Made by a program: the position numbers and the translations under genes. 64,000 nt of DNA from Planctomycetota bacterium (GTDB lineage: Bacteria > Planctomycetota > UBA11346), in NCBI GenBank assembly GCA_038231435.1, contig JBBRLJ010000006.1, positions 61,359 to 125,358 of the forward strand. Reading direction: 5' to 3'. This document shows, one piece after another, positions 40,794 to 50,046 of the stretch; the first letter of the stretch is position 1; each line of letters begins with the position of its first letter. The notes under the pieces were generated by a model. That model worked only from the letters and a program-made list of their open reading frames with translations, was not told the origin of the DNA and ran no database searches.

Positions 40794-43049
40794 ATGATGC
40801 TGGTTGTCGCCAATCTCGCCTTCTACCTGCTCGCCGCACTTGGTTTCGGCTTCGTCATCTTCATCCACGAGCTCGGGCATTTCCTCATCGCCAAATGGGC
40901 GGGCGTGAAGGTCGAGGTCTTCTCGATCGGCTTCGGCCCCAAGCTGCTGAGCCGCCAGATCGGCGAGACCGAATATACGCTGTCGCTGCTGCCCTTCGGC
41001 GGCTACGTGAAGATGCTCGGCCAGGACGACAATCCCAATGGCGAGCAGCCCAAGCCCGGCGATCCGATCGATCCGCGCAGCTTCCTCGCGGCGAGCGCCG
41101 GCTGGAAGGCCTTCATCCTGCTCGGCGGGGTGCTCTTCAACCTGATCTCGTCGTACATCATCCTGCTGACGCTCGCGCTCACCGGCATGCCGGTGTTCCC
41201 GCCCGCGGTCGGCAGCGTGCAGCCCCAGCTGCGCGCGCAGGACGGCACCAAGGACTTCAGCCCCGCCGACCGTCTCGGCCTGCGCCAGGGCGATCGCATC
41301 CTGACCATGAACGGCACCACGGTGCGCTCGTTCGAGGACATCATCACCGAGACCATCATCGAATCGCAGCATCCGGTGATCATGACCGTGGCGCGGCGCG
41401 GCGAACCCGCCCCGCTGACCCTGCCCCCGGGCGCGCGCGATGAGGTGAAGCCGATCTATTCGCAGATCACCGGGCACGCCGAACTCGGCATCGGCTGGCC
41501 GGACGGCGACCACGTCGCGCAGGTCATCTCCGCTTCCAAGGATGCCGCGGCGCCCGAGCCGGGCGAACGCGTGGTCGGCATCGTCGGTGAAGAGCCGTGG
41601 CCGAGCGATCCGCCGCTGATCGGACAGGAGATCCATGCACGTCTGCTGCCGTATCTCGGCAGGCACGTCACCCTGATGCTCGAGAAGGGCGGTGCATCGC
41701 GCACCGTCGACATCGTCTACGCCGGAGACGGCCCCTCGGCGATCGGCTTCCCCACGGTGGTCAGCGAGGTGCTGCCCGGCATGCCCGCTGAAGAGGCCGG
41801 GGTGAAGGCGGGCGACATCCTGCTGGCGATCGACGACCAGCCGATCAGCGACCGTTCCCAGCCGGTGCCGTACATCCATGCGGACATCGATCACGGCAAG
41901 GAATGCCGGCTGCGGGTGTGGCGCGCGAGCAGCGAGGTGGTCACGGGAGTCGAAACCGATCCCGGCCAGATCGTCGAGATGACCATGCACGGCAAACTCG
42001 ACGGCGCCCAGCAACGCATCGGCGTTCGGCTCGAGGCCATGCTCTCGGGCAGGATGCCAGTGCTGCCCGCGCTCCAGGGAGGCGGGCAGACGCCGCTGAT
42101 GACCGCAGGCGTGGTGGCGGGCGACACGGTGGTCGCGCTCCTGCCTACGGACAAGGACAAGGGAAGGGAATCCGCCGCTGTCGCGGTGCTCGCCGCGGGC
42201 GAGCGCATCCTGGTGCCCATTCCGAAGTCCGCGAACGAGCTGGGCGAGAAGACCGAGACCGCGCCGCAGTGGGCGCACTGGCTCGGCGGCACCGACAAGA
42301 AGAGCGTGTTCGAGCAGCTGATCGGCGCCAAGGTCAAGGCGATCGACGGCAAGGACGCGGCCGCCCCCGGCGGCGTCGCACCGGGAATCATCACCCTCGT
42401 CCGCCCCGAGGCGAAGTCGCCGCTGTACGTGGACGTGCGCAAGTTCGCCGAGCTGGCCCCCGAATTCCTCGCGCAGGTGCGCGTGGGCGATTGGATCGTC
42501 GCGCGCGTCTACTCGCCCCAGGGTACGGCGCTCGAGATCCTGCGAGGCGTGGATGGCGATCCGCAGATGAAGCCATACGAGCCCGGCGTGGCGTTCACCT
42601 TCGATCGCGAGGAGGTGCCCTACAAGCTCTCGGGCACCGGCGAGGCGTTCACCATCGTCAACACCACGTCGTACAACATGGTGGTCAAGACCTTCCAGCT
42701 CATCCCGCGCTTCTTCCGTTCGGCGGAGCAGGGCGGCATCAACCCGAACAAGTCGCTCAGCGGGCCGATCGGCATCTTCAGCCAGCTCAAGGTGCGCGCC
42801 CAGCACTTCGGCCTGCGCAGCTACCTGAAGTTCCTCGCGCTCATCGGCCTCAACCTCTTCCTGGTCAACCTGCTGCCGATCCCGATCACCGACGGCGGCC
42901 AGCTGGTCTTCTTGGGCATCGAGACGGCCATCGGCCGACCGCTGCCGCCATTGGTGCGCAATGGCTTCCAATGGGCGGGGGTCATCCTGGTGGTGGGCCT
43001 GATGGTCTACGTCCTGGGCCTGGACATCACCCGACTGCTGCCCGGATAG
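40794..43049 (+). CDS. rseP: RIP metalloprotease RseP (M50) with expanded PDZ region
   Basis: IHELGH, FSIGFGP, LPFGGYVKM, GGV.FN, several GD.I PDZ motifs, SGPIGI, NLLPIP.TDGG. Confidence 0.93.
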   Translation: MMLVVANLAFYLLAALGFGFVIFIHELGHFLIAKWAGVKVEVFSIGFGPKLLSRQIGETEYTLSLLPFGGYVKMLGQDDNPNGEQPKPGDPIDPRSFLAASAGWKAFILLGGVLFNLISSYIILLTLALTGMPVFPPAVGSVQPQLRAQDGTKDFSPADRLGLRQGDRILTMNGTTVRSFEDIITETIIESQHPVIMTVARRGEPAPLTLPPGARDEVKPIYSQITGHAELGIGWPDGDHVAQVISASKDAAAPEPGERVVGIVGEEPWPSDPPLIGQEIHARLLPYLGRHVTLMLEKGGASRTVDIVYAGDGPSAIGFPTVVSEVLPGMPAEEAGVKAGDILLAIDDQPISDRSQPVPYIHADIDHGKECRLRVWRASSEVVTGVETDPGQIVEMTMHGKLDGAQQRIGVRLEAMLSGRMPVLPALQGGGQTPLMTAGVVAGDTVVALLPTDKDKGRESAAVAVLAAGERILVPIPKSANELGEKTETAPQWAHWLGGTDKKSVFEQLIGAKVKAIDGKDAAAPGGVAPGIITLVRPEAKSPLYVDVRKFAELAPEFLAQVRVGDWIVARVYSPQGTALEILRGVDGDPQMKPYEPGVAFTFDREEVPYKLSGTGEAFTIVNTTSYNMVVKTFQLIPRFFRSAEQGGINPNKSLSGPIGIFSQLKVRAQHFGLRSYLKFLALIGLNLFLVNLLPIPITDGGQLVFLGIETAIGRPLPPLVRNGFQWAGVILVVGLMVYVLGLDITRLLPG

Positions 43050-43210
43050 GCGTCCCATGGCGCAACGGCTGCCCCGCTCGTGCGTATACGTTGCCATGAC
43101 CCGCCGCGGCCCGATCCCCAGCGCCTTGTCGCAAACGACGTCGATACAACTGTTTATGGCGTTGTCGCCAGACCGGCCGTCAGCCCTTTCGGGCGCCAGC
43201 GGGTCCGACC

Positions 43211-43537
43211 ATGGCTGACGCGGCGCGCGAAGAGATGTTCCAGGCGATCGATGCCGAAGCGGCGGATCCGGCGGAGGGCAAGGACTCCAGGCTCCTGTAT
43301 GAGGCTCTGCGCCAGCGCAAAGACCAGCTGAAGGCGGAGGCCTCGCTGCCCGTCGACAAGGCGCTGACCGAGAAGATCCTGGCCGAGGCGCGGACGCGCT
43401 CGGCGCACATCTCGGCTTCGCGTGGCGGCGCCTCGACCCGCGCCCCGGTGGTCTCGGCCGGCATTCCGATCTGGCTGTGGATCGCCTGGATCCTCGCCAT
43501 CGCGGGCGTGATCGTCGCGTTCAAATACCTGGTCTGA
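43211..43537 (+). CDS. Small hypothetical protein with C-terminal TM anchor
   Basis: Charged helical N-terminus and terminal hydrophobic helix; host-like codons. Confidence 0.65.
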   Translation: MADAAREEMFQAIDAEAADPAEGKDSRLLYEALRQRKDQLKAEASLPVDKALTEKILAEARTRSAHISASRGGASTRAPVVSAGIPIWLWIAWILAIAGVIVAFKYLV

Positions 43538-43690
43538 CTGTCCGTTGGGGGACTACGGCCCCCCAACATCGGCCTCCGGCCTGCCCCCCAGGCGGCAAGA
43601 GGTGAGGGCTTGGAGACGGCAACGCGACTTCCCGCTCTCCGCTCCCCCGCTTCCCGCTTCCTGCTTCAGCCTGCGGGTTAAAACACCGGC

Positions 43691-44533
43691 GTGCGGCAGT
43701 ACCTCGATCTCCTCCAGCATGTGCTCGACCATGGCCGCGATCGCCAAGACCGCACCGGGGTGGGCACGCGCGGGGTGTTCGGGCACCAGATGCGCTTCGA
43801 TCTGCGGCAGGGCTTCCCGCTGGTCACCACCAAGAAGCTGCACCTCAAGTCGATCGTCTGGGAGCTGCTGTGGTTCCTCGCGGGGCGCACCGACAACCAG
43901 TGGCTGAAGGAGCACGGCGTCAGCATCTGGGACGAATGGGCGAGCGCCGAGCAGTGCGCGCGTTTCGGCCGCGGCGCGGGCGATCTCGGACCGGTCTACG
44001 GCCACCAGTGGCGCAATTTCGGCGCCACGCGGCTGCCCGACGGCGGCTACGCGAAAGACGGCAAGGATCAGATCCGCTGGCTGCTCGACGAGATCGCGCG
44101 CAATCCGCAGAGCCGTCGGCTGATCGTCACCGGCTGGAATCCGCTCGAGGCGGATCGCGTGGCCCTGCCGCCCTGCCACACGCTCTTCCAATTCTACGTG
44201 CAGGACGGCGAACTCAGCTGCCAGCTCTACCAGCGTTCGGCGGACATCTTCCTCGGCGTTCCTTTCAACATCGCCAGTTACGCGCTGCTCACCTGCATGA
44301 TCGCCCAGGTCAGCGGCCTGAAGCCTGGCGACTTCGTGCACACGCTCGGCGACGCGCACCTCTACCGCAACCACCACGACCAGGCGCGCCTGCAGCTGTC
44401 GCGCGACCCGCGTCCGCTGCCGAAGCTCGAGCTGAACCCCCAGGTGAAGGATCTGTTCGCCTTCACCTTCGAGGACGTCGTCATCAGCGGCTACGATCCG
44501 CACCCAGGCATCAAGGCGATGGTGGCGGTATGA
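43691..44533 (+). CDS. thyA: Thymidylate synthase
   Basis: [54 protein letters not shown]. Confidence 0.97.
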   Translation: MRQYLDLLQHVLDHGRDRQDRTGVGTRGVFGHQMRFDLRQGFPLVTTKKLHLKSIVWELLWFLAGRTDNQWLKEHGVSIWDEWASAEQCARFGRGAGDLGPVYGHQWRNFGATRLPDGGYAKDGKDQIRWLLDEIARNPQSRRLIVTGWNPLEADRVALPPCHTLFQFYVQDGELSCQLYQRSADIFLGVPFNIASYALLTCMIAQVSGLKPGDFVHTLGDAHLYRNHHDQARLQLSRDPRPLPKLELNPQVKDLFAFTFEDVVISGYDPHPGIKAMVAV

Positions 44534-44552
44534 AGACGACGGACGACGGACG

Positions 44553-45041
44553 ATGACTCTCGCACCACTTGCGCTCGTGGCTGCCATGTCGCGCAACCGC
44601 GTGATCGGCAACCGCGGCCAGCTGCCCTGGCACGAACCCGAGGATCTGAAGCACTTCCGCGCCGTCACCGTCGACCACGCCGTGATCATGGGACGCAAGA
44701 CTTTCGACGTCCTCGGCAAACCGCTCGGCAAGCGTCGCAACATCGTCATCACCCGTCAGCCCGGCTGGACGGCCCTGGGTTGCGAAGTCCGATCCGATCT
44801 GGCGACGGCGATCGCACTTGCGCGCGAGAGCGATCCCGAGCCGCGGATCATCGGCGGCGGTGAGATCTACGCGCAGGCGCTGCCGCTGGCGTCCCTAATC
44901 ATCCTCACCGTGATCGACGTCGAGGTGGAAGGCGATGCGTTCTTCCCGGCGTTCGACGAGGCCGACTGGCGCGAGCGCGAGCGTCGCGTGTCCGGGCGGA
45001 TGGTTTTCCGTACCCTCGAGCGCATCCGCGCGAGGATGTGA
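44553..45041 (+). CDS. folA: Dihydrofolate reductase
   Basis: IG..GQLPW..EDLKHF, IMGRKT, PL..R.NIV, IGGGEIY, GDAFFP. Confidence 0.95.
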   Translation: MTLAPLALVAAMSRNRVIGNRGQLPWHEPEDLKHFRAVTVDHAVIMGRKTFDVLGKPLGKRRNIVITRQPGWTALGCEVRSDLATAIALARESDPEPRIIGGGEIYAQALPLASLIILTVIDVEVEGDAFFPAFDEADWRERERRVSGRMVFRTLERIRARM

Positions 45042-45043
45042 GC

Positions 45044-45616
45044 ATGGCCCGCGCGCGAAAAACCTCGTCTGCACCCGCAGCCGCATCATCCGGCAACCGT
45101 TCGATCCGCAGCGGCGGCCAGTTGCCGAAGGCCACGCTCGGCAAGAAGACCCGGGTGGCTTACACCTACGATGCGACGCTGCTCGAAGCCATCCCCTTCG
45201 GCGTCGGCCGCCGCTTCGCCGACTCGTCGACCTGGGTGTCGAACAATTGCCTGCGCTTCACCTCGCTGTGCCCGATCACCGGCCAGCCCGACTGGGCCGA
45301 CATCTTCATCAACTACATCCCGGACCGCCATCTGGTCGAAAGCAAATCGCTGAAGGAATACCTGCACTCCTTCCGCATGCACGGCGACTTCCACGAGGAC
45401 GTCTGCCGGGTGATCTGCGATGATCTGGCCCGCTGCATGCTGCCACGATATCTTGAGGTCCTCGGCCACTTCGACTCGCGTGGCTCGATCGCGATCTGGC
45501 CGTACGTGCAGTTCGCCAAACGCGCCGACCCCGACGCGCACGAGCTGCTCACGCACCGCCGCCGCGCGTATGTTCCCGGCGCGTATGCGCCGACGCAGTA
45601 CACGCGTTCGATCTAG
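45044..45616 (+). CDS. queF: NADPH-dependent 7-cyano-7-deazaguanine reductase QueF
   Basis: FTSLCPITGQPD, VESKSLK.Y..SFR..G.FHE QueF motif. Confidence 0.88.
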   Translation: MARARKTSSAPAAASSGNRSIRSGGQLPKATLGKKTRVAYTYDATLLEAIPFGVGRRFADSSTWVSNNCLRFTSLCPITGQPDWADIFINYIPDRHLVESKSLKEYLHSFRMHGDFHEDVCRVICDDLARCMLPRYLEVLGHFDSRGSIAIWPYVQFAKRADPDAHELLTHRRRAYVPGAYAPTQYTRSI

Positions 45617-45741
45617 ACGGCCGGAGACGGTCAGGGATCGCCGGCCGAAAGCGAGGGACGGAGCGGGGCGCCCGACATCGCGCTCCACTCCTCCTCAGTC
45701 TTCCTTCATTCTGCCGTTTCGACCCTACCGATCACGGGACG

Positions 45742-47337
45742 TCACAGGATCGAGCGGACGAGCTTCGCGATCTGTTCCAGGCGGAACGGCTTCCCCAGGA
45801 CCGGCCAATCCACACCTGGCGGCAGGCCGATCTTCTCGGCGGAATCTCCGCCGCCGGTAATCAACGCGACGTGGCCAAGCAAACCCGGACGTAGCTGGAG
45901 CGCGCGGCGCACCAGCTCGACGCCGCTGCCGTCGGGCAGCTGGACGTCGGCGAGCATCGCGCGCACCGGCTGCTCGGCGACCACCTCGAGCGCCTCGGCG
46001 ACCGAACCGACGACGCGCGCGGCGAGCCCGGTCTCGACCAGCGCATCGAGCAGCAGCTCGGCGACCAGAGGCTCATCGTCCACGATCAGCACTATCGGGG
46101 CGCGGCCGGCGACCGAGGGCAGCGCTGGCAGTTGCGCGGTCACCGGACGCGAGGGCAGCTGGACGATGCACGCGGCGCCGGGGTTGCTGGATCGCCGCGC
46201 CAGCTCGAGATTTCCGGCCTGCTCGCGCAGCAAGGCGGTGGCGATCGCCAGGCCCAGGCCGCGCCTGCCCTGGCTCGACATGGTGGTGAAGAACGGACGC
46301 GTGGCGTTTCGCACGGCGTCGTCATCGGGAGTCGCGCCGTCGTTGTCGAGACTCAGCCACACCCGGCCGTTGGACTCGCGGGCAGAGAGCCAGCAGGTAC
46401 GCGCGCCAGATAAGTGCGCGTTGTCCAGCACCTGCTCGAAAACCCGCACCAGCGATTGCGGAGCGGCCATCACCACCGGTATGTCGCCGAGGATCTGGCA
46501 CTCGAGGGAGGACTGTCCGGCCTCGCGGATGCGCATGTGCGCTTGCATCAGTAGGCGCTCCGGCTGACACGGGACGATCTCCTCGTCGAGCGGCGCCGCG
46601 AGGTTGCGCAGCTGTTCGACCAAGCCTCGGCAGCGGTCCACCTCGGACAGGATCACGTCGAGACGACGGACCGCCTCTTCCTCCTTGGCCCAACTGCGGC
46701 GCAGGCGCTGGGCGTAGCCGAGGATGGCGGCGAGCGGGTTGTTCAGCTCGTGCGCGAGCCCCCGGACGAGCTGGCTCACCACCGCCTGGGTCTCGAGGCG
46801 CACCAGCTCCTGCTGCTGGTGCTTCAGCAGCTGATGGGCGTCGCGCAGGCTGATCGTGCGTTCCTCGACCAGCGCTCCGAGCCGATCCGACAGCGAGGTC
46901 AGCTCGCTGTTGCTGCCGGCCAGCTCGTCGATCAGGGCGCGGTAGTGGCGGCGCAGCAGCGAGGCTTCGCAGCCGTCGTGGATGAGCGCGCGCAGCTGCG
47001 CGACATCATCGGGCAACGTGACCAGGGCATCGATGCATCCGGCGTTGATGGCGTGCACTGCGGCGGCGAGATCGGTCGCGGCGAGGATGCGGAAGCCATC
47101 GGGATCGAGGCGGTGGGCGTCGACCAGGAAGGCCGCGCCCGAGGATCCGGGAGCGGACCCGCGTCCCAGATCCTGGGTCGCGATCAGCACCTCGATCGGC
47201 CGTCGGCGCCGCAAGGTCTCGACCTCGTCGTCATTGGCGCAGCAGTGCAGCTCGAGCTCGGGGCCGAGGCCCAGGCGCGAGACCGTTCCGGCGAGCACGC
47301 GAGCCGGGTCGAGGATCACGACATGTCCAGCGGCCAT
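45742..47337 (-). CDS. Hybrid sensor histidine kinase (degenerate REC - HisKA/HATPase - REC)
   Basis: LAHELNNPL, QVLDNA, PFFTT, GLGL; C-terminal VDDE, DVQLPD, ITG, KPF. Confidence 0.88.
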   Translation of the reverse strand: MAAGHVVILDPARVLAGTVSRLGLGPELELHCCANDDEVETLRRRRPIEVLIATQDLGRGSAPGSSGAAFLVDAHRLDPDGFRILAATDLAAAVHAINAGCIDALVTLPDDVAQLRALIHDGCEASLLRRHYRALIDELAGSNSELTSLSDRLGALVEERTISLRDAHQLLKHQQQELVRLETQAVVSQLVRGLAHELNNPLAAILGYAQRLRRSWAKEEEAVRRLDVILSEVDRCRGLVEQLRNLAAPLDEEIVPCQPERLLMQAHMRIREAGQSSLECQILGDIPVVMAAPQSLVRVFEQVLDNAHLSGARTCWLSARESNGRVWLSLDNDGATPDDDAVRNATRPFFTTMSSQGRRGLGLAIATALLREQAGNLELARRSSNPGAACIVQLPSRPVTAQLPALPSVAGRAPIVLIVDDEPLVAELLLDALVETGLAARVVGSVAEALEVVAEQPVRAMLADVQLPDGSGVELVRRALQLRPGLLGHVALITGGGDSAEKIGLPPGVDWPVLGKPFRLEQIAKLVRSIL

Positions 47338-47430
47338 GTACGCTCCTCGCCCGCACTGTACTCCCATGCGAGACCACGGGCAATGCCGCCGCGCGATTGC
47401 CCCGCGCCGTGTCCGCGCCACCCTCTCACC

Positions 47431-48510
47431 ATGGTATCGGCCAGAAACATTGCCGCGGAACCGCCTGGGAAGCTGGTGCTCGGCATCGAGAGCAGCTGCG
47501 ACGACGCCGCTGCCGCGCTGGTTCGCGCGGGCTCAGAGGTGGTGGCCGAGGCCGACGCCAGCCAAGCCGATGATTTCGCCGCGTGGGGCGGCGTGGTCCC
47601 CGAGCTCGCTGCGCGCGGCCACGTGACCGCGCTGCCGGGCCTGGTTGAGCAGGTGCTTGCCGCCGCGAAGAGCGAGCCCCGTTCGCTCAGCGCCGTGGCG
47701 GTATGCGCGTGGCCCGGTCTCATCGGCAGCTTGCTGCCGGGGGTCACCGCCGCGAAGGTCATAGCTGCGCGCCTGGCGATCCCGCTGATCGCCGTCGACC
47801 ACATCCAGGCCCATCTCGCGGCCATCCATTTGGGGCGAGAGCGCGTGGCGTATCCGCTGGTCGGCTTGGTCGCGTCCGGCGGACACAGCCACTTCTACGT
47901 CTGTCGCGGCGCGGGAGAGGTGGAGCTGATCGGAGGTACCATCGACGACGCCGCCGGCGAGGCCTTCGACAAGGCCGCCGCGATGCTCGGACTCGGCTAC
48001 CCTGGCGGGCCGGCGATCGAACGCGAGGCGCAGCAGGGCGACGAGCGCGGCTTTGCGTTGCCGCGCAGCTTCATCGCCGACGACACGCTGCGGCTGAGCT
48101 TCGCGGGGCTGAAGACAGCGCTCCTGTACCAGGTGCGTGGGCCGCTCGGCAAGGACGCGCTCTCGCTTTCGCCGCAAGGCGTCCGCGACGCCTGCGCCAG
48201 CTTCCAGCGCGCGATCATCGACTGCCTGGTCGCGAAACTCGTCCTGGCGGCCAAGCAGCGCTCCGTCGCCGCGGTAGCGCTCGGCGGAGGGGTCGCATGC
48301 AATGGCGCGCTGCGCGCGGCGCTCGAAGCCGCCGCGCGCCGGAACGGGCTCGAGCTCTATGTGCCCGCGCCGCGACATTGCGCGGACAACGCCGCGATGA
48401 TCGCGGCACTGGGCTTCCATCGCTGGCGGCGCGGCGAGATCGCGGACTTGGAGCTCGCCCCGAAACCCACCGGCAACGCCGGCCCGCGCCGTTTCAAGAC
48501 CGGCACCTGA
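47431..48510 (+). CDS. tsaD: tRNA N6-adenosine threonylcarbamoyltransferase TsaD
   Basis: LGIESSCD, GGVVPE.A.R.H, PGL.GSL, H..AH, SGGH, T.DDA.GEAFDK, SF.GLKT, GGVA.N, DNAAMIA. Confidence 0.96.
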   Translation: MVSARNIAAEPPGKLVLGIESSCDDAAAALVRAGSEVVAEADASQADDFAAWGGVVPELAARGHVTALPGLVEQVLAAAKSEPRSLSAVAVCAWPGLIGSLLPGVTAAKVIAARLAIPLIAVDHIQAHLAAIHLGRERVAYPLVGLVASGGHSHFYVCRGAGEVELIGGTIDDAAGEAFDKAAAMLGLGYPGGPAIEREAQQGDERGFALPRSFIADDTLRLSFAGLKTALLYQVRGPLGKDALSLSPQGVRDACASFQRAIIDCLVAKLVLAAKQRSVAAVALGGGVACNGALRAALEAAARRNGLELYVPAPRHCADNAAMIAALGFHRWRRGEIADLELAPKPTGNAGPRRFKTGT

Positions 48511-48648
48511 GGCGCTTGCCATTGCGCACGCCAGGCCGGCGCCTTGCCTCCGCATCCAGGCCGTCCCGCCCCGACCGACATTTCCTGGGCGGAAACGACG
48601 AGGCCCAGCGGGTAGCCGCTGGGCCTCGCGAAGCTGGAAGCCGAAACG

Positions 48649-49977
48649 TTACTTGTCGGCGGCTGGTGCGGCGGGCGCCGCAGCGGGCGCGGGCGCGGGC
48701 GCCGCGACAGGCGCCTTGTCGGCCTTCGGCGCGAACGTGGTCTGCACGAACTGGAGCAGCTCGTCCTCGCGGATGACCAGGATCTGGTACTGGCGGGCGG
48801 CGGCGCGCTCGGCATCCGAGCGGTCGGTCGACTCGCCCTGGACGACGAGGAAATCGCAGCCGGGCCCGAGCTTCTCGCGCACCACGCCGCCGGTGCGGCG
48901 GATGAAGGTCTCGAGATCCTCCTTGTTGTAGTGCTTGAACTCGCCGGCGACGACGAAGACCTTCGGCTTACGGGAATCGAACACCGGATTGCCGATGTAG
49001 TCTCCGCTCGCGATCGGATTGCGCTTGGCGTCGGCTTGCGAGATCATGCGGCAGGTCGAGATCTCGTCCTGCACCTCGATGACCTCGACGCGGCCCTTCT
49101 GCAGATATGCGCCGCGATTGTAGCTGAAGACCTCGAACAGCAGGCCGGGGAAGACGTTGTCGTGGGAGCCGCGGTTGATGATGACCTTCTGGTATTGTCC
49201 GTCGGCCTGGATCACGGTGCCGTCGGGATCGAGGCCGGCGTTGCCGATGATCTTGCCGGCCTTGTCGTGATCGACCATCCAATGGATGTCGAGCTCGAGC
49301 AGGTCGCGGATGCGGTCCTCGAGTTGGTTGATGTGGCTCAGGCGCAGGCTGGTGTCCTCGTGCGTCTTCTTCTCGGCCTTGTCGCGCTCGGCGGTCAGGG
49401 TCTCGAGCTGCGCGGCGAGGCGCTCCTTGTCGGCCTGGAACGATGCTTCCTGGTCGCTGATCTTCTTCAACACGTCGCGGAGCTCATCCTGGCGCTTCTT
49501 GATCGCCTCGTCGAGTTGCGGGAAGGTCTGGCGCTCGGGGCCCTCGTACTCGGCCTTCAGCTTGTCCAAGTAGCCGGCGTCCATCGCGATCAGGTCGCTG
49601 GTCAGCTTCCAGGTGCTGTCCTTGAGCTTGCGGCTCGCACCGCGGATGTCGGCGTCGGTGTTGCCGGGCGTGGAGACGCCGCCGAGCAGCTCGCCATCGG
49701 TATAATAGAGCCGGGCGGCGTTGCCGCGCAGGTCGAGGCGATAGAGCTCCTGCTTGCGGGCGTTGATCGCCTTCTGCGCCGATTCGATCTTGTTGAGCTT
49801 GAGATTGACCTCCTCCTTCAGCTTGGGGATCGGCTTGAAGGCTGCGCGCTCGGGATCGCCTTCGTACAGCCGGCGCACATCGCCGCTCTTCACGATCACC
49901 AGCACGGTGAAGGCGAGGGTGAAGATGACGCAGACGATGAGGGCGGTCAGGGGCACCGGATTGATGCGGGTTGCCAC
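48649..49977 (-). CDS. Membrane-anchored coiled-coil protein with beta-domain and C-terminal BRCT domain
   Basis: N-terminal TM, long coiled coil, VIINRG..D.V..G..F.V beta module, BRCT (FVVAGEF..Y.KEDL..FI...GG.V....CDFLV.G); AGGAG RBS, GTG start. Confidence 0.8.
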   Translation of the reverse strand: MATRINPVPLTALIVCVIFTLAFTVLVIVKSGDVRRLYEGDPERAAFKPIPKLKEEVNLKLNKIESAQKAINARKQELYRLDLRGNAARLYYTDGELLGGVSTPGNTDADIRGASRKLKDSTWKLTSDLIAMDAGYLDKLKAEYEGPERQTFPQLDEAIKKRQDELRDVLKKISDQEASFQADKERLAAQLETLTAERDKAEKKTHEDTSLRLSHINQLEDRIRDLLELDIHWMVDHDKAGKIIGNAGLDPDGTVIQADGQYQKVIINRGSHDNVFPGLLFEVFSYNRGAYLQKGRVEVIEVQDEISTCRMISQADAKRNPIASGDYIGNPVFDSRKPKVFVVAGEFKHYNKEDLETFIRRTGGVVREKLGPGCDFLVVQGESTDRSDAERAAARQYQILVIREDELLQFVQTTFAPKADKAPVAAPAPAPAAAPAAPAADK

Positions 49978-50046
49978 GATGTCGACTCCTGCTGCTGCGG
50001 TAACTGACGGCTGGTGTTGGCGGACGCTGTCGCGGGACGGAAGCGG

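Noticed and set aside
40623..43097. 926-aa minus-strand ORF
   Set aside because: Antisense to rseP; only the last ~100 codons look like a real membrane protein
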